Shown: positions 11,834 to 23,334, counted from the stretch's first letter. The stretch is 64,000 nucleotides of DNA from an uncultured Noviherbaspirillum sp. (GCA_963522035.1 CAUQYP010000005.1:2353-66352); one strand, 5' to 3'. Notes: generated by a model not told the origin, from the letters alone. Program-made: numbers and translations.

Positions 11834-11888
11834 TGCTTTCTAGGACGGGGCGCTGGCCGCCGGTGTGTTAACTGGAACGCGTCAATGA

Positions 11889-11912
11889 CAAAAGCCAGGC
11901 GTTTGCCTGGCT
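11889..11912 (-). terminator. intrinsic terminator at the end of the alpha operon (after rplQ)
   Basis: The minus strand reads AGCCAGGC-aaac-GCCTGGCT followed by TTTTGTC, about 50 nt after the rplQ stop. Confidence 0.75.
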
Positions 11913-11961
11913 CCCGATTGTACAACGCTTGCAACGGGCGCCTGGCGGCGCCCGGTCATGC

Positions 11962-12357
11962 TCAGTCGGCGCTGGTATCTTCCACTGCCTCGGTGATTTC
12001 CGGACGGTCGACCAGCTCGATAAAGGCCATCGGTGCATTGTCGCCAACGCGGAAGCCCATTTTCAGAATACGCAGATAGCCGCCGTTGCGGTTGGCATAG
12101 CGCGGGCCCAGTTCGGCGAACAGCTTGACAACCATTTCACGATCGCGCAGGCGGGAAAATGCCAGGCGCTTGTTGGCCAGCGTGTCGGTCTTGCCCAGGG
12201 TCAGGATAGGCTCGACGACGCGGCGCAGTTCCTTGGCTTTTGGCAGGGTGGTCTTGATCGCTTCGTGACGCAGCAGCGAAACAGTCATGTTGCGCAGCAT
12301 GGCGAGACGGTGGGAGGAAGTACGGTTCAGCTTGCGAAGGCCGTGACGATGACGCAT
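11962..12357 (-). CDS. rplQ: 50S ribosomal protein L17
   Basis: [24 protein letters not shown]... The start is set at ATG 12357; the upstream 29 aa in the ORF track are rejected. Confidence 0.97.
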   Translation of the reverse strand: MRHRHGLRKLNRTSSHRLAMLRNMTVSLLRHEAIKTTLPKAKELRRVVEPILTLGKTDTLANKRLAFSRLRDREMVVKLFAELGPRYANRNGGYLRILKMGFRVGDNAPMAFIELVDRPEITEAVEDTSAD

Positions 12358-12506
12358 GGTGATTCCTTTCGGTGTTGAGTTTGGATCCAGCTCTTCTATC
12401 GCCGCCGTGGTGCGGGAGGCGCGGGCCGGTAAGCTTGGTTTCAAGAGTGCAGCATACTATCCGAAAAAAGTGCTGAAGGCACGATGTGCCTTCTTTATTT
12501 CGTCGA

Positions 12507-13484
12507 TTACTTTTCCAGGCCGGCAGGCGGCCAGTTTTCCAGCTTCATGCCCAGGGTCAGGCCGCGCGAGGCAAGGACTTCCTTGATTTCGTTAAGCGAC
12601 TTGCGGCCCAGGTTAGGCGTTTTCAGCAGTTCGTTCTCGCTGCGCTGGATCAGGTCGCCGATGTAGTAGATGTTTTCGGCTTTCAGGCAGTTCGCGGAAC
12701 GGACGGTCAGCTCCAGGTCGTCGACCGGACGCAGCAGGATAGGATCGACCGACGGTGCACGTGACGGCGCTTCTGCAGCGGCTTCGGTGCCTTCCAGCGC
12801 AGCGAACACGTTCAGCTGGTCGACCAGCACGCGGGCCGACTGGCGGATCGCTTCTTCCGGCGAAATGACACCGTTGGTCTCGATGTTGATGACCAGCTTG
12901 TCCAGGTCGGTACGCTGTTCCACACGGGCCGACTCAACCGCATACGACACGCGGCGAACCGGCGAGAACGACGCGTCGAGGATGATGCGGCCGATGGTCT
13001 TGTTGGTGTCTTCCGCCAGCCGACGGACGTTACCAGGCACATAGCCGCGGCCCTTCTCGACCTTGATCTGCATGTCGAGGTTGCCGCCCGCGGTCAGGTG
13101 GGAGATCACGTGATCCGGATTGACCAGCTCGACATCGTGCGGCAGGTCGATATCCGACGCCAGCACCGCGCCCTCGCCTTCCTTCTTCAGGGTCAGCGTG
13201 ACTTCGTCGCGGTTATGCAGCTTGAAGACGACGCCTTTCAGATTCAGCAGCATGTCGACAACGTCTTCCTGCACGCCGTCCAGCGACGAATACTCGTGCA
13301 CGACACCCGCGATCGTGACTTCGGTCGGCGCGTAGCCGACCATCGAAGACAGCAGCACGCGGCGCAGCGCATTGCCGAGCGTGTGGCCATAGCCGCGCTC
13401 GAACGGTTCCATGACGACCTTCGCATGGCCGGGGCCGAGGACTTCAACTTCGATAATACGGGGTTTCAACAGGCTGTTTTGCAT
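12507..13484 (-). CDS. rpoA: DNA-directed RNA polymerase subunit alpha
   Basis: 325 aa, [14 protein letters not shown]...; full-length RpoA including the C-terminal domain ([22 protein letters not shown]). Confidence 0.98.
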   Translation of the reverse strand: MQNSLLKPRIIEVEVLGPGHAKVVMEPFERGYGHTLGNALRRVLLSSMVGYAPTEVTIAGVVHEYSSLDGVQEDVVDMLLNLKGVVFKLHNRDEVTLTLKKEGEGAVLASDIDLPHDVELVNPDHVISHLTAGGNLDMQIKVEKGRGYVPGNVRRLAEDTNKTIGRIILDASFSPVRRVSYAVESARVEQRTDLDKLVINIETNGVISPEEAIRQSARVLVDQLNVFAALEGTEAAAEAPSRAPSVDPILLRPVDDLELTVRSANCLKAENIYYIGDLIQRSENELLKTPNLGRKSLNEIKEVLASRGLTLGMKLENWPPAGLEK

Positions 13485-13546
13485 GAAATGTCCTTTTCAA
13501 TACCCTCGGCTCATTACACCGATAAGGCTGATGGCATTACGAGAAA

Positions 13547-13567
13547 GCCCGCCACAGTGTGGCGGGC
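13547..13567 (-). terminator. 9-bp GC-rich hairpin with a weak U-tract in the rpsD-rpoA spacer (partial terminator or processing site)
   Basis: The minus strand reads GCCCGCCAC-act-GTGGCGGGC followed by TTTCTCG, inside the 110-nt spacer. Confidence 0.4.
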
Positions 13568-13594
13568 CGAGAGAAACGGGTGCTACCGGAAAGA

Positions 13595-14218
13595 TTAGCG
13601 GCTGTACAGTTCGACGATCAGCGATTCGTTGACGTCGCCGGCAATGTCGCTGCGCTCTGGAATCGACTTGAACGTACCTTGCATCTTCTTGCTGTCGACC
13701 GAGACCCAGCTCGGCATGCCGACTTGTTCGGCCAGTGACAGCGCTTCGACGATACGGGTCTGCTTCTTGGATTTTTCACGAACGGCAATCACGTCGCCCG
13801 GCTTGACCTGGTAGGAAGCGATGTTGACGACGATGCCGTTGACGGTGAACGCCTTGTGCGAAACGAGCTGGCGACCTTCAGCGCGGGTCGAGCCAAAGCC
13901 CATGCGATAGACGACGTTGTCCAGGCGGGATTCCAGCAAGCGGAGCAGGGTTTCGCCGGTATTGCCCTTGCGGCGGTTGGCTTCCGTGTAGTAGCGGCGG
14001 AACTGGCGCTCCAGGATGCCGTACATGCGCTTGACCTTCTGCTTTTCGCGCAGCTGGTTGCCGTAGTCCGAGGTGCGGACGCCCGAAGTGCGGCCATGCT
14101 GGCCAGGCTTCGAGTCCATCTTGCCCTTGGAATCGGCGGAGCGGCGAGCGCTCTTCAGGAACAGGTCGGTGCCTTCACGGCGCGACAGTTTTACTTTTGG
14201 TCCGATATAACGTGCCAC
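13595..14218 (-). CDS. rpsD: 30S ribosomal protein S4
   Basis: 207 aa, [20 protein letters not shown]..., with a GTG start. Confidence 0.97.
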   Translation of the reverse strand: MARYIGPKVKLSRREGTDLFLKSARRSADSKGKMDSKPGQHGRTSGVRTSDYGNQLREKQKVKRMYGILERQFRRYYTEANRRKGNTGETLLRLLESRLDNVVYRMGFGSTRAEGRQLVSHKAFTVNGIVVNIASYQVKPGDVIAVREKSKKQTRIVEALSLAEQVGMPSWVSVDSKKMQGTFKSIPERSDIAGDVNESLIVELYSR

Positions 14219-14379
14219 GAGAATTTCCTTAGTAATGACGCCCCGGGCTCATGGTGTATCCATGCAATGCCAGGCGCTAGTCCGGCGCTTGATCAGCCAG
14301 ACAGTGGTCTTAAAACAGTCCCGCCAGGTTTCACGGCGGGCAAACGCAGGTGATGCTTTTGCCTTGCAGCTGAAACGTC

Positions 14380-14784
14380 TTAGATGCGACGACGCTTCGG
14401 AGGACGGCAGCCATTGTGCGGAACCGGCGTCACGTCCTGGATCTGGGTGATCTTGATACCCAGGTTGTTCAGAGCGCGCACAGCGGATTCGCGGCCAGGA
14501 CCTGGTCCCTTGATACGGACTTCCAGGTTCTTGACACCAAACTCGACTGCCACCTTGCCGGCGGCTTCCGCTGCGACCTGCGCGGCGAACGGAGTCGATT
14601 TACGCGAACCCTTGAAGCCTGCGCCGCCCGAGGTTGCCCACGACAATGCATTGCCTTGACGATCAGTGATCGTGATGATGGTGTTGTTGAAAGATGCGTG
14701 GATGTGCGCAATGCCTTCGGCAACGTTCTTTTTGACTTTCTTGCGCACGCGTGAAGCGGCGGCGTTGTTTGGTGCTTTTGCCAT
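14380..14784 (-). CDS. rpsK: 30S ribosomal protein S11
   Basis: 134 aa, ...[22 protein letters not shown]... Confidence 0.97.
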   Translation of the reverse strand: MAKAPNNAAASRVRKKVKKNVAEGIAHIHASFNNTIITITDRQGNALSWATSGGAGFKGSRKSTPFAAQVAAEAAGKVAVEFGVKNLEVRIKGPGPGRESAVRALNNLGIKITQIQDVTPVPHNGCRPPKRRRI

Positions 14785-14817
14785 AATGATTTCCTTGAAT
14801 CCCGATACTGCTGTGGA

Positions 14818-15183
14818 TTATTTCTTCAGCGATTGTGCTGCCTTACGCGGACCTTTGCGGGTACGGGCATTGGTGCGGGTACGCTGACCGCGAACCGGCA
14901 GGCCTTTGCGATGACGCAGGCCACGGTAGCAGCCAAGGTCCATCAGCCGCTTGATGCTCATCGAGACTTCACGGCGCAGGTCGCCTTCGACCACAAACTT
15001 GCCGATTTCGTCACGCAGCTTTTCCAGCTCGCTGTCGTCCAGGTCCTTGACCTTCTTGTCGGTCGCTACACCCGTCTTCTGGCAGATTTCCTCTGCGCGT
15101 GGACGGCCGATGCCGTAGATCGCCGTCAAGCCGATCACGGTGTGCTGATGGTTGGGGATGTTAACCCCTGCAATACGTGCCAT
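14818..15183 (-). CDS. rpsM: 30S ribosomal protein S13
   Basis: 121 aa, [26 protein letters not shown]... Confidence 0.97.
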   Translation of the reverse strand: MARIAGVNIPNHQHTVIGLTAIYGIGRPRAEEICQKTGVATDKKVKDLDDSELEKLRDEIGKFVVEGDLRREVSMSIKRLMDLGCYRGLRHRKGLPVRGQRTRTNARTRKGPRKAAQSLKK

Positions 15184-15209
15184 TCGTTATTCCTCGATCA
15201 ATAACTTGA

Positions 15210-15323
15210 TTAACCTTGGCGCTGTTTATGGCGCGGTTCGATGCAGATAACACGAACGACGCCCTTGCGCTTGATGATCTTACAGTTGCGGCAGATCCGC
15301 TTGACTGATGCGAGCACTTTCAT
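15210..15323 (-). CDS. rpmJ: 50S ribosomal protein L36 (Zn-ribbon form)
   Basis: Below the ORF-track size cutoff. Hand translation of the minus strand gives [37 protein letters not shown] (37 aa) with CxxC...C...H zinc ligands. Confidence 0.95.
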   Translation of the reverse strand: MKVLASVKRICRNCKIIKRKGVVRVICIEPRHKQRQG

Positions 15324-15360
15324 TTTCGCCCTCTCTCTTCCAGTTCTTGGTTCAATTGAA

Positions 15361-15579
15361 TTACTTGGTACGGAACACGATACGTGCACGACTCAAATCA
15401 TAAGGCGTCAACTCTACCGTCACCTTGTCACCCGGGAGGATGCGGATGTAATTCATCCGCATCTTTCCCGAAATATGTCCCAACACAACATGCCCGTTTT
15501 CCAATTTCACTCTAAACGTGGCATTGGGCAGATTCTCCAGAATCTCGCCCTGCATCTGAATAACGTCGTCTTTTGCCAT
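15361..15579 (-). CDS. infA: translation initiation factor IF-1
   Basis: 72 aa, [41 protein letters not shown]... Confidence 0.97.
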   Translation of the reverse strand: MAKDDVIQMQGEILENLPNATFRVKLENGHVVLGHISGKMRMNYIRILPGDKVTVELTPYDLSRARIVFRTK

Positions 15580-15602
15580 GCGATTTATTGTCAGCCCGGC
15601 GC

Positions 15603-16934
15603 TTATCGCGTCGGGATGCCGCCCTTGAAATTAGCCTTGCGCAGCAGCGAGTCATACTGCTGCGACATGACATAGTTCTGTACCTGCGCCATGAAGTCCA
15701 TCGTCACCACCACGATAATCAGCAGTGAAGTACCACCAAAATAGAACGGCACCTTCCAGCGCGCGATCAGGAACTCTGGCAACAGGCACACCAGCGTGAT
15801 ATACACGGCGCCGGCCAGGGTCAAGCGCATCAGGATGCGGTCAATATAACGGGCAGTCTGCTCGCCTGGACGAATTCCCGGCACGAACGCACCGCTCTTC
15901 TTCAGGTTGTCCGCCGTCTCCTTGCTGTTGAATACCAGTGCGGTATAAAAGAAACAGAAGAACACGATTGCAGCTGCGTACAGCAAGGCATGGATAGGCT
16001 CACCAGGCGCCAGCGAGGCGGACAGGTCCTTCAGGAAACGTACGAACGGATTCGACGTCTCGCCTGTCGTAAACCAGCTGGTCAGCGTTGCCGGGAACAG
16101 GATGATGGACGAAGCGAAAATCGGCGGAATCACACCAGCCATGTTCAGCTTCAACGGCAGATGACTGCTCTGGCCGCCATAAATCTTGTTACCAACCTGG
16201 CGCTTCGCATAATTCACCAGGATCTTGCGCTGACCACGTTCGATGAAAACAACCAGGAACGTCACAGCCGCCACGACCACGCAAATCAGGATAGCGGAAA
16301 TAGCGCTCATCGAACCGGTTCGCACCAGCTCAAACAGTCCACCGAGTGCACTGGGAAGCCCAGCCGCGATACCGGCAAAGATGATGATCGAAATACCGTT
16401 ACCAAGGCCACGTTCGGTAATCTGTTCACCGAGCCACATGAGGAACATGGTGCCGGTAATCAGTGTCACCACCGTTGTAAAGCGAAATGCGTATCCCGGA
16501 TCAAGTACGAGACCGGCCTGCGATTCAAGTGCCACTGCGATACCCAGTGCCTGGAACGTACCGAGAAGCAGCGTGCCGTAGCGGGTATATTGCGTAATCT
16601 TGCGCCGTCCGGACTCGCCTTCCTTCTTGATCGCCTCGAGCTGCGGCGACACCACCGTCAATAACTGCATGATGATGGATGCCGAAATATACGGCATGAT
16701 CCCGAGCGCGAAAATCGTGAAACGCGACAGCGCTCCGCCCGAGAACATGTTGAACATTCCCAGGATACCGGTCTGATTTTGCTTGAACAGTTGCGCAAGC
16801 TGGGTCGGATCGATGCCTGGTACCGGAATATGCGCGCCTATGCGGTACACGACCAGTGCGGCAAGCAGGAACCACAAGCGGTTCCAGGGAAAACCGCTTG
16901 CAGCACCCTTAGCCAGTTGAGGAGTAGTCGCCAA
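15603..16934 (-). CDS. secY: preprotein translocase subunit SecY
   Basis: 443 aa with 10 TM segments, in the conserved position after rplO. Confidence 0.97.
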   Translation of the reverse strand: MATTPQLAKGAASGFPWNRLWFLLAALVVYRIGAHIPVPGIDPTQLAQLFKQNQTGILGMFNMFSGGALSRFTIFALGIMPYISASIIMQLLTVVSPQLEAIKKEGESGRRKITQYTRYGTLLLGTFQALGIAVALESQAGLVLDPGYAFRFTTVVTLITGTMFLMWLGEQITERGLGNGISIIIFAGIAAGLPSALGGLFELVRTGSMSAISAILICVVVAAVTFLVVFIERGQRKILVNYAKRQVGNKIYGGQSSHLPLKLNMAGVIPPIFASSIILFPATLTSWFTTGETSNPFVRFLKDLSASLAPGEPIHALLYAAAIVFFCFFYTALVFNSKETADNLKKSGAFVPGIRPGEQTARYIDRILMRLTLAGAVYITLVCLLPEFLIARWKVPFYFGGTSLLIIVVVTMDFMAQVQNYVMSQQYDSLLRKANFKGGIPTR

Positions 16935-16959
16935 TTGGTACTCCGTTCAGGATGCCGAT

Positions 16960-17391
16960 TTAAGCAATCGAGCCGCCAGCGGCTTCAATTGCGGCTTTGG
17001 CGCCCTTGGTAACGATCAGGCCCTTGAGGCTGACTTTCTTGGTCAGCTCGCCGGAAGCGATCACGCGAATGACGCGAGCCATTTCGCCAACTACGCCAGC
17101 CTGCTTCAATGCGAGGATATCGACTTCACCGACTGGCAGCTTCTCCAGGTCGGAAAGACGGACTTCTGCCTTGTACGGCGCTGCCATCGATTTGAAGCCG
17201 CGCTTCGGCAGGCGACGCTGCAGAGGCATCTGGCCGCCTTCGAAGCCGACCTTGTGGAAGCCGCCCGAACGGGATTTCTGACCTTTATGGCCACGACCTG
17301 CTGTCTTGCCCAGACCCGAGCCGATGCCACGACCAACGCGACGCTTCGCGTGCTTGGCGCCATCTGCCGGTTGAATGTTGTTCAGTTCCAT
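16960..17391 (-). CDS. rplO: 50S ribosomal protein L15
   Basis: 143 aa, [30 protein letters not shown]... Confidence 0.97.
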   Translation of the reverse strand: MELNNIQPADGAKHAKRRVGRGIGSGLGKTAGRGHKGQKSRSGGFHKVGFEGGQMPLQRRLPKRGFKSMAAPYKAEVRLSDLEKLPVGEVDILALKQAGVVGEMARVIRVIASGELTKKVSLKGLIVTKGAKAAIEAAGGSIA

Positions 17392-17418
17392 GTTTGCTCC
17401 GTGCGCAAGCCGCGAGGC

Positions 17419-17598
17419 TTACGACACCACTTTCACGAGATACGAGACCTTGTTGATCATGCCGCGCACTGCCGGCGTGTCTTCAAGTTCGCGGACGGAA
17501 TTAATACCGCGCAGTCCAAGTCCGCGAACGGTTGCGCGATGACTCTCGCGCGTGCCGATCAGGCCCTTGACCAATTGCACTTTGATTGTGTTTGCCAT
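17419..17598 (-). CDS. rpmD: 50S ribosomal protein L30
   Basis: [30 protein letters not shown]...; the start is set at ATG 17598 (59 aa). Confidence 0.95.
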   Translation of the reverse strand: MANTIKVQLVKGLIGTRESHRATVRGLGLRGINSVRELEDTPAVRGMINKVSYLVKVVS

Positions 17599-17608
17599 GT
17601 CGCTCACC

Positions 17609-18127
17609 TTAGCCCAGGATTTCTTCAACGGACTTGCCGCGCTTGGCTGCAATTTCCGCCGGGGTATTCATCTTCGACAGGCCATTCAACGTGGCGCGAA
17701 CCAGGTTGTACGGGTTGGTCGAACCGTTGGACTTTGCCACCACGTTCGTCACGCCCATGACTTCAAAAATCGCGCGCATCGGGCCACCGGCGATCACGCC
17801 GGAACCGTCTTTTGCCGGGCCCATCATCACCGACGAAGCGCCATGCTTGCCGGTCACGGTGTGCTGCAGCGTGCCATTCTTGAGGGTTACCTTGATCATC
17901 TTGCGACGGGCTTCTTCCATTGCCTTCTGCACGGCGACCGGCACTTCCTTCGACTTGCCCTTGCCCATGCCGATACGGCCATCGCCGTCGCCAACCACTG
18001 CCAGCGCAGCGAAACCCATGATACGGCCACCCTTGACCACTTTGGTCACACGGTTCACCGCGATCATTTTTTCGCGCATGCCGTCATCTGGCTTGTCGCT
18101 TTGCATCTTCGATTGCATCTTTGCCAT
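17609..18127 (-). CDS. rpsE: 30S ribosomal protein S5
   Basis: 172 aa, ...[30 protein letters not shown]... Confidence 0.97.
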   Translation of the reverse strand: MAKMQSKMQSDKPDDGMREKMIAVNRVTKVVKGGRIMGFAALAVVGDGDGRIGMGKGKSKEVPVAVQKAMEEARRKMIKVTLKNGTLQHTVTGKHGASSVMMGPAKDGSGVIAGGPMRAIFEVMGVTNVVAKSNGSTNPYNLVRATLNGLSKMNTPAEIAAKRGKSVEEILG

Positions 18128-18139
18128 GACGATTCTTCC

Positions 18140-18502
18140 TTAGAACTTCAGACCGGCTTCGCGAGCGGCTTCTGCCACTGCCTTGACACGGCCGTGATAA
18201 CGGAAACCCGAGCGGTCGAATGCGACTTCGGCGATACCGGCTTGCAGGGCTTTCTCGGCCACACGCTTGCCCACCAGTGCAGCAGCGGCGGCGTTGCCGC
18301 CCTTGCCCGACTCGCCAGCCAGTTGCTGACGCACTTCGGCTTCCAGAGTGGAGGCAGAAGCCAGGACGGTTGCATCCGGACCGATGACCTGCGCATAGAT
18401 ATGCAGGTTGGTACGATGCACCGCCAGGCGATTTACTTTCAGCTCGGCGATCTTTGCGCGAGTCTGACGTCCGCGACGCAGACGTGATTGTTTCTTGTCC
18501 AT
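18140..18502 (-). CDS. rplR: 50S ribosomal protein L18
   Basis: 120 aa, [18 protein letters not shown]...[14 protein letters not shown]... Confidence 0.97.
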   Translation of the reverse strand: MDKKQSRLRRGRQTRAKIAELKVNRLAVHRTNLHIYAQVIGPDATVLASASTLEAEVRQQLAGESGKGGNAAAAALVGKRVAEKALQAGIAEVAFDRSGFRYHGRVKAVAEAAREAGLKF

Positions 18503-18514
18503 CGTCAGCCCCTG

Positions 18515-19051
18515 TTACTTCTTCTTCGTTTCTTTAATCACTACGCGCTCTTCAGCGTAGCGAACGCCCTTGCCTTTGTAAGGCTCGGGAGGACGGTATG
18601 CGCGGACTTCGGCAGCGACCTGGCCAACGCGCTGCTTGTCAGCGCCCTTGATCACGATCTCTGTCTGCGTCGGCACGGTGGCAGTGACGCCTTCCGGCAT
18701 CGCATGCACTACCGGATGCGAGAAACCCAGCGACAGGTTCAGGCTATTGCCCTGGAGTGCAGCACGGTAGCCCACGCCAACCAGGGTCAGCTTGCGCTCG
18801 AAACCCTTGGTGACGCCGGTAACCATATTGTTGACCAGTGCGCGCAGCGTGCCGAACATGGCGTTGGCTTCACGACTGTCGTTGGCAGCTTCGAACGTCA
18901 GCGTGCCATTGTCGTTGGTGATCTTCACCAGGTCACCATTGACGGCCTGGGTCAGGCTGCCCAACGGGCCCTTGACGGTGATCTGGTCTGCTGCGATGGT
19001 CGCTTCCGCGCCGGCTGGCAGAGTGATCGGCATTTTACCTACACGAGACAT
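18515..19051 (-). CDS. rplF: 50S ribosomal protein L6
   Basis: [19 protein letters not shown]...; the start is set at ATG 19051. Confidence 0.96.
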   Translation of the reverse strand: MSRVGKMPITLPAGAEATIAADQITVKGPLGSLTQAVNGDLVKITNDNGTLTFEAANDSREANAMFGTLRALVNNMVTGVTKGFERKLTLVGVGYRAALQGNSLNLSLGFSHPVVHAMPEGVTATVPTQTEIVIKGADKQRVGQVAAEVRAYRPPEPYKGKGVRYAEERVVIKETKKK

Positions 19052-19061
19052 GTTTCTCTCC

Positions 19062-19457
19062 TTAGGCCACGTAGCAAATGATTTCGCCACCGACACCGGT
19101 TGCGCGCGCTTTGCGGTCGGTCATGACGCCCTTGGGGGTCGACACGATCGCGACACCGAGGCCGTTCATGACATTCGGGATGTCGTCCTTGCCCTTGTAG
19201 ATACGCAGGCCAGGGCGGGAAACCCGCTGCAGGCGCTCGATGACCGGGGCGCCGGCGTAATATTTCAAACCGATTTTCAGTTCTGCCTTGCCGTCCGCTT
19301 CCGCGACAGCAAAATCCTCAATGTAACCCTCGTCCTTCAGGACGTTGGCAATAGCGACTTTGACTTTGGACGACGGCATAACGACCGTGGTCTTCTTGAC
19401 ACCTTGCGCATTGCGGATACGGGTCAGCATATCGGCGATAGGATCGCTCATACTCAT
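19062..19457 (-). CDS. rpsH: 30S ribosomal protein S8
   Basis: 131 aa, [18 protein letters not shown]... Confidence 0.97.
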   Translation of the reverse strand: MSMSDPIADMLTRIRNAQGVKKTTVVMPSSKVKVAIANVLKDEGYIEDFAVAEADGKAELKIGLKYYAGAPVIERLQRVSRPGLRIYKGKDDIPNVMNGLGVAIVSTPKGVMTDRKARATGVGGEIICYVA

Positions 19458-19471
19458 TGCTTCTTCTCCTA

Positions 19472-19777
19472 TTACCAGCTGGCTTTGGTCATACCCGGGA
19501 TCTCGCCACGCATGGCGATTTCACGGACCTTCGTGCGGGCAAGCCCGAACTTGCGGAAGGTGCCACGGGGACGACCGGTGAGTGCGCAACGATTACGTTG
19601 GCGGGTCGGAGCAGAGTTACGCGGCAGCGCCTGGAGTTTCAGGCGCGCTTCGTAGCGCTCTTCTTCCGACTTCGATTGGTCGTCAATGATTGCCTTCAAT
19701 TCGGCGCGCTTGCCTGCGTATTTCTGCACCAGGTCGGCACGCTTCTTTTCACGGTTAATCAGTGAGAGTTTTGCCAT
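19472..19777 (-). CDS. rpsN: 30S ribosomal protein S14 (long form, no zinc-binding motif)
   Basis: 101 aa, [17 protein letters not shown]... Confidence 0.97.
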   Translation of the reverse strand: MAKLSLINREKKRADLVQKYAGKRAELKAIIDDQSKSEEERYEARLKLQALPRNSAPTRQRNRCALTGRPRGTFRKFGLARTKVREIAMRGEIPGMTKASW

Positions 19778-19784
19778 GGCAACC

Positions 19785-20324
19785 TCAGTTTCTGAACGGG
19801 AATTTAAATGCGGCGAGAAGCGCTTTTGCTTCGTCGTCGGTCTTCGCGGTGGTGGTGATACTGATGTTCATGCCACGCAACGCATCAATCTTGTCGTACT
19901 CGATCTCGGGGAAGATGATCTGCTCTTTCACACCGATGTTGTAGTTGCCACGACCGTCGAATGCACGACCGGACACACCGCGGAAGTCGCGCACGCGGGG
20001 CAGCGCAACCGTGATCAGGCGGTCCAGGAATTCATACATGCGGGCGCCGCGCAGGGTCACCATGCAACCGATCGGATAGCCTTCGCGGATCTTGAAACCT
20101 GCGATAGCCTTGCGAGCCTTGGTCACCACCGGCTTTTGACCTGCGATCTTGGTCAGGTCGCCGACGGCGTGCTCGATAATCTTCTTGTCAGCCACGGCTT
20201 CGGACAGACCCATGTTCAGGGTGATCTTCAGCAAACGCGGCACTTCCATCGGCGACTTGTAACCGAATTTCTCGGTCAGCTCGCCAACGACTTTCTCTTT
20301 ATATTGCTGCTGGAAACGTGCCAT
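19785..20324 (-). CDS. rplE: 50S ribosomal protein L5
   Basis: 179 aa, [24 protein letters not shown]... Confidence 0.97.
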   Translation of the reverse strand: MARFQQQYKEKVVGELTEKFGYKSPMEVPRLLKITLNMGLSEAVADKKIIEHAVGDLTKIAGQKPVVTKARKAIAGFKIREGYPIGCMVTLRGARMYEFLDRLITVALPRVRDFRGVSGRAFDGRGNYNIGVKEQIIFPEIEYDKIDALRGMNISITTTAKTDDEAKALLAAFKFPFRN

Positions 20325-20329
20325 GATCT

Positions 20330-20644
20330 TTACGCCTTAACGACTTCGCCATTGGACTTGTAAGTGCGAACCTTCTTGCCGTCCACTACTTTAGAGCCCA
20401 TGCGATCTGCCTTGCCCGATGCTGCGTTGAACAACGCAACGTTGGACACGTGAATTGGCATCAGCTTGTCGACGATGCCGCCAGTGGTACCCGCCATCGG
20501 GTTTGGCTTCGTCGCCTTCTTGGCAACGTTTACGCCTTCCACAACAACGTAATCTGCGCTGACGCGCTGCGCGACGGTGCCGCGCTTGCCTTTGTCTTTA
20601 CCGGTCAGGACGATGACTTCGTCGCCTTTTCGAATGTTGCTCAT
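20330..20644 (-). CDS. rplX: 50S ribosomal protein L24
   Basis: 104 aa with a KOW motif ([19 protein letters not shown]). Confidence 0.97.
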   Translation of the reverse strand: MSNIRKGDEVIVLTGKDKGKRGTVAQRVSADYVVVEGVNVAKKATKPNPMAGTTGGIVDKLMPIHVSNVALFNAASGKADRMGSKVVDGKKVRTYKSNGEVVKA

Positions 20645-20653
20645 GTCGACTCC

Positions 20654-21022
20654 TTACAGAACTTCTGGTGCGAGGGAGACGATTTTCATGAAGCGCTCAG
20701 TGCGCAGCTCACGTGTAACCGGTCCAAAAATACGCGTACCAATCGGCTCCAGCTTTGCATTCAGCAACACCGCAGCGTTGCCATCGAACTTTACCAACGA
20801 GCCATCTGGACGACGCACGCCTTTGGCGGTACGAACGACGACTGCATTGTAAATTTCACCCTTTTTGACGCGACCGCGTGGCGTAGCTTCCTTGACCGTG
20901 ACCTTGATGATGTCGCCGATGCTGGCATAACGACGCTTGGAACCACCCAGGACCTTGATGCACAGAACTTCGCGCGCGCCAGTGTTGTCGGCTACTTCGA
21001 GCCGGCTTTCAGTTTGAATCAT
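20654..21022 (-). CDS. rplN: 50S ribosomal protein L14
   Basis: 122 aa, [28 protein letters not shown]... Confidence 0.98.
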   Translation of the reverse strand: MIQTESRLEVADNTGAREVLCIKVLGGSKRRYASIGDIIKVTVKEATPRGRVKKGEIYNAVVVRTAKGVRRPDGSLVKFDGNAAVLLNAKLEPIGTRIFGPVTRELRTERFMKIVSLAPEVL

Positions 21023-21255
21023 GATATTTTCTTTCCCAACTTTTCCCGTTCGGTCCGCACAATGCGGTTGTCACGGTCAGTCTTGGTCCCGTCAGCACTC
21101 TTTAAGCAAAAGGGCGCCGATTAGGTGGACGATTTCCAAAACTACTTGCTGTTCGGTACTGCCAATTGCAGGCAGCGATTTCCTCGAGCCGGAAAATCAT
21201 TTGCTCGAGGAAGCCAAGGAGTATGGCAGATAATCACTGTACCTGCAATACCCAA

Positions 21256-21528
21256 TTACACGATTTGCGCTGCCTGCACCACGCGGGTAACGGTCCACGA
21301 CTTGGTCTTGGAGATCGGACGACCTTCCTGGATCTCGACGACGTCACCGGCCTTGACCTGGTTCGACTCATCATGCGCGTGATATTTCTTCGAACGCTCG
21401 ATGATCTTGCCGTACAGCGGGTGCTTCATCTGACGCTTGATCAGGACGGTAACGCTCTTGTCCATCTTGTCGGACACGACTTCGCCAACCAGGGTCCGCT
21501 TGGACGTTTCTTTTACTTGCTCAGTCAT
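21256..21528 (-). CDS. rpsQ: 30S ribosomal protein S17
   Basis: 90 aa, ...[31 protein letters not shown]... Confidence 0.97.
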   Translation of the reverse strand: MTEQVKETSKRTLVGEVVSDKMDKSVTVLIKRQMKHPLYGKIIERSKKYHAHDESNQVKAGDVVEIQEGRPISKTKSWTVTRVVQAAQIV

Positions 21529-21719
21529 TTCGTCGCTTCCTTCTGGTTCAGTACCGTCTTGACACGGGCAATGTCGCGACGCACTTTCTTCAGCTGCGAA
21601 GTATTGTTCAGCTGCTGCGTTGCGATTTGCATGCGCAGGCTGAATTGCGCCTTCAGCAGGTCGGTCAGCTCCTTGTTCAGGGCAGCCTGATCCTTGCCGA
21701 GGAGTTCAGATGCTTTCAT
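21525..21719 (-). CDS. rpmC: 50S ribosomal protein L29
   Basis: 64 aa, [31 protein letters not shown]...; overlaps rpsQ by 4 nt. Confidence 0.96.
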   Translation of the reverse strand: MKASELLGKDQAALNKELTDLLKAQFSLRMQIATQQLNNTSQLKKVRRDIARVKTVLNQKEATK

Positions 21720-21731
21720 GTTTCGCTCCTA

Positions 21732-22151
21732 TTATTGGCCGACCTGGCGGACGACGAACGTAGTCAGCAGCGGCAGTTTGGCTGCGGCCAGGCGGAATGC
21801 CTCGCGCGCCAGGGTTTCATCGACACCATCCATCTCGTACAGGACTTTACCTGGCTGGATTTCGGCGACGTAGTATTCCGGATTACCTTTACCGTTACCC
21901 ATACGGACTTCGGCCGGCTTGTTCGAAATCGGCTTGTCCGGGAAGATACGGATCCAGATCCGGCCGCCACGCTTGATGTGACGGGTCATGGCACGACGCG
22001 CTGCTTCGATCTGGCGTGCAGTGATACGGCCGCGGCCGACGGCCTTCAGGCCGAATTCACCGAACGACACTGCAGTGCCGCGCTCGTGAGAAATGCCCTT
22101 GTTGCGGCCTTTCTGCTCTTTACGATATTTTCTGCGTGCTGGTTGCAGCAT
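21732..22151 (-). CDS. rplP: 50S ribosomal protein L16
   Basis: 139 aa, [19 protein letters not shown]... Confidence 0.97.
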   Translation of the reverse strand: MLQPARRKYRKEQKGRNKGISHERGTAVSFGEFGLKAVGRGRITARQIEAARRAMTRHIKRGGRIWIRIFPDKPISNKPAEVRMGNGKGNPEYYVAEIQPGKVLYEMDGVDETLAREAFRLAAAKLPLLTTFVVRQVGQ

Positions 22152-22154
22152 GTT

Positions 22155-22988
22155 TTATTCTCCTGGCTTGGTAGCGCGTACACGCTTGGCAGCGCCCGGT
22201 GCACCAGGCGCGCCTGGAGCGGACGGCGCTGCGGCCTGACCTTCGGGACGGCGGCCGCGTGCCGGAGGACGTCCGGAACCTGGCTTGCCATCATCGCGAC
22301 GGGGTGGGCGACGCTTCTTGTCATCATCCGACGGCACGTCGATGGTTGGCGCTTCGCCGCTTGCAAGGCGATCGCCCTTGTAAACCCAGACCTTGATGCC
22401 GATGATGCCGTAGGTGGTTTCCGCTTCGCTGGTGCCGTAGTCGATGTCGGCGCGCAGGGTGTGCAGTGGCACACGACCTTCGCGATACCATTCGGTACGG
22501 GCAATCTCGATGCCGTTCAGACGACCGGACGACATGATCTTGATGCCCTGGGCGCCAAGGCGCATCGCGTTTTGCATCGCACGCTTCATTGCGCGACGGA
22601 ACATGATGCGCTTTTCGAGCTGCTGGGCGATCGAGTCGGCGATCAGTTGCGCGTCGGTTTCCGGCTTGCGGATTTCCTCGATGTTGACGTGCACGGGCAC
22701 GCCCATCATCTTGGTCAGCGCTGCCTTCAGCACTTCGATGTCTTCACCCTTCTTGCCGATGACGACGCCAGGACGCGAGCTGAAAATCGTGATACGCGCG
22801 TTCTTGGCTGGACGCTCGATGACAACGCGGCCAACCGATGCGCTCTTCAGTTTCTTCTTCAGGTAAGCACGCACCTTCAGGTCTTCGGACAGCATGCTGG
22901 CGAAGTTGCTGTTGCCGGCGAACCAGCGCGAGCCCCAGTTGCGGGTAACCGAAAGACGGAAACCGGTAGGATGTATCTTCTGTCCCAT
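22155..22988 (-). CDS. rpsC: 30S ribosomal protein S3 with a Pro/Gly/Ala/Arg-rich C-terminal tail
   Basis: 277 aa, [24 protein letters not shown]... The KH and S3-C domains are followed by a 67-aa low-complexity tail. Confidence 0.97.
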   Translation of the reverse strand: MGQKIHPTGFRLSVTRNWGSRWFAGNSNFASMLSEDLKVRAYLKKKLKSASVGRVVIERPAKNARITIFSSRPGVVIGKKGEDIEVLKAALTKMMGVPVHVNIEEIRKPETDAQLIADSIAQQLEKRIMFRRAMKRAMQNAMRLGAQGIKIMSSGRLNGIEIARTEWYREGRVPLHTLRADIDYGTSEAETTYGIIGIKVWVYKGDRLASGEAPTIDVPSDDDKKRRPPRRDDGKPGSGRPPARGRRPEGQAAAPSAPGAPGAPGAAKRVRATKPGE

Positions 22989-22997
22989 CGTGACTCC

Positions 22998-23327
22998 TTA
23001 GTTGCCGACAGTCACGAAAATGTGACAGGATTGTTTAGAGATACGATCGCCACGACCTTTTGCACGTGCGGTAAAGCGCTTCAATACAGCGGCTTTCTCG
23101 ACGTAAATGGTAGTGACTTTCAGCTCGTCGATATCCGCGCCATCATTGTGCTCGGCGTTCGCGATTGCGGACTCCAGAACCTTCTTGATGATGACAGCAC
23201 CTTTTTTCGGGCTGAATTGCAGGATGTTCAACGCTTGATCAACTTTTTTGCCCCGGATCAAATCGGCGACAAGGCGACCTTTTTGGGCCGACAGGCGCAC
23301 GCCACGGAGGATAGCTTTAGTTTCCAT
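22998..23327 (-). CDS. rplV: 50S ribosomal protein L22
   Basis: [27 protein letters not shown]...; the start is set at ATG 23327. Confidence 0.96.
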   Translation of the reverse strand: METKAILRGVRLSAQKGRLVADLIRGKKVDQALNILQFSPKKGAVIIKKVLESAIANAEHNDGADIDELKVTTIYVEKAAVLKRFTARAKGRGDRISKQSCHIFVTVGN

Positions 23328-23334
23328 ATCGGAC

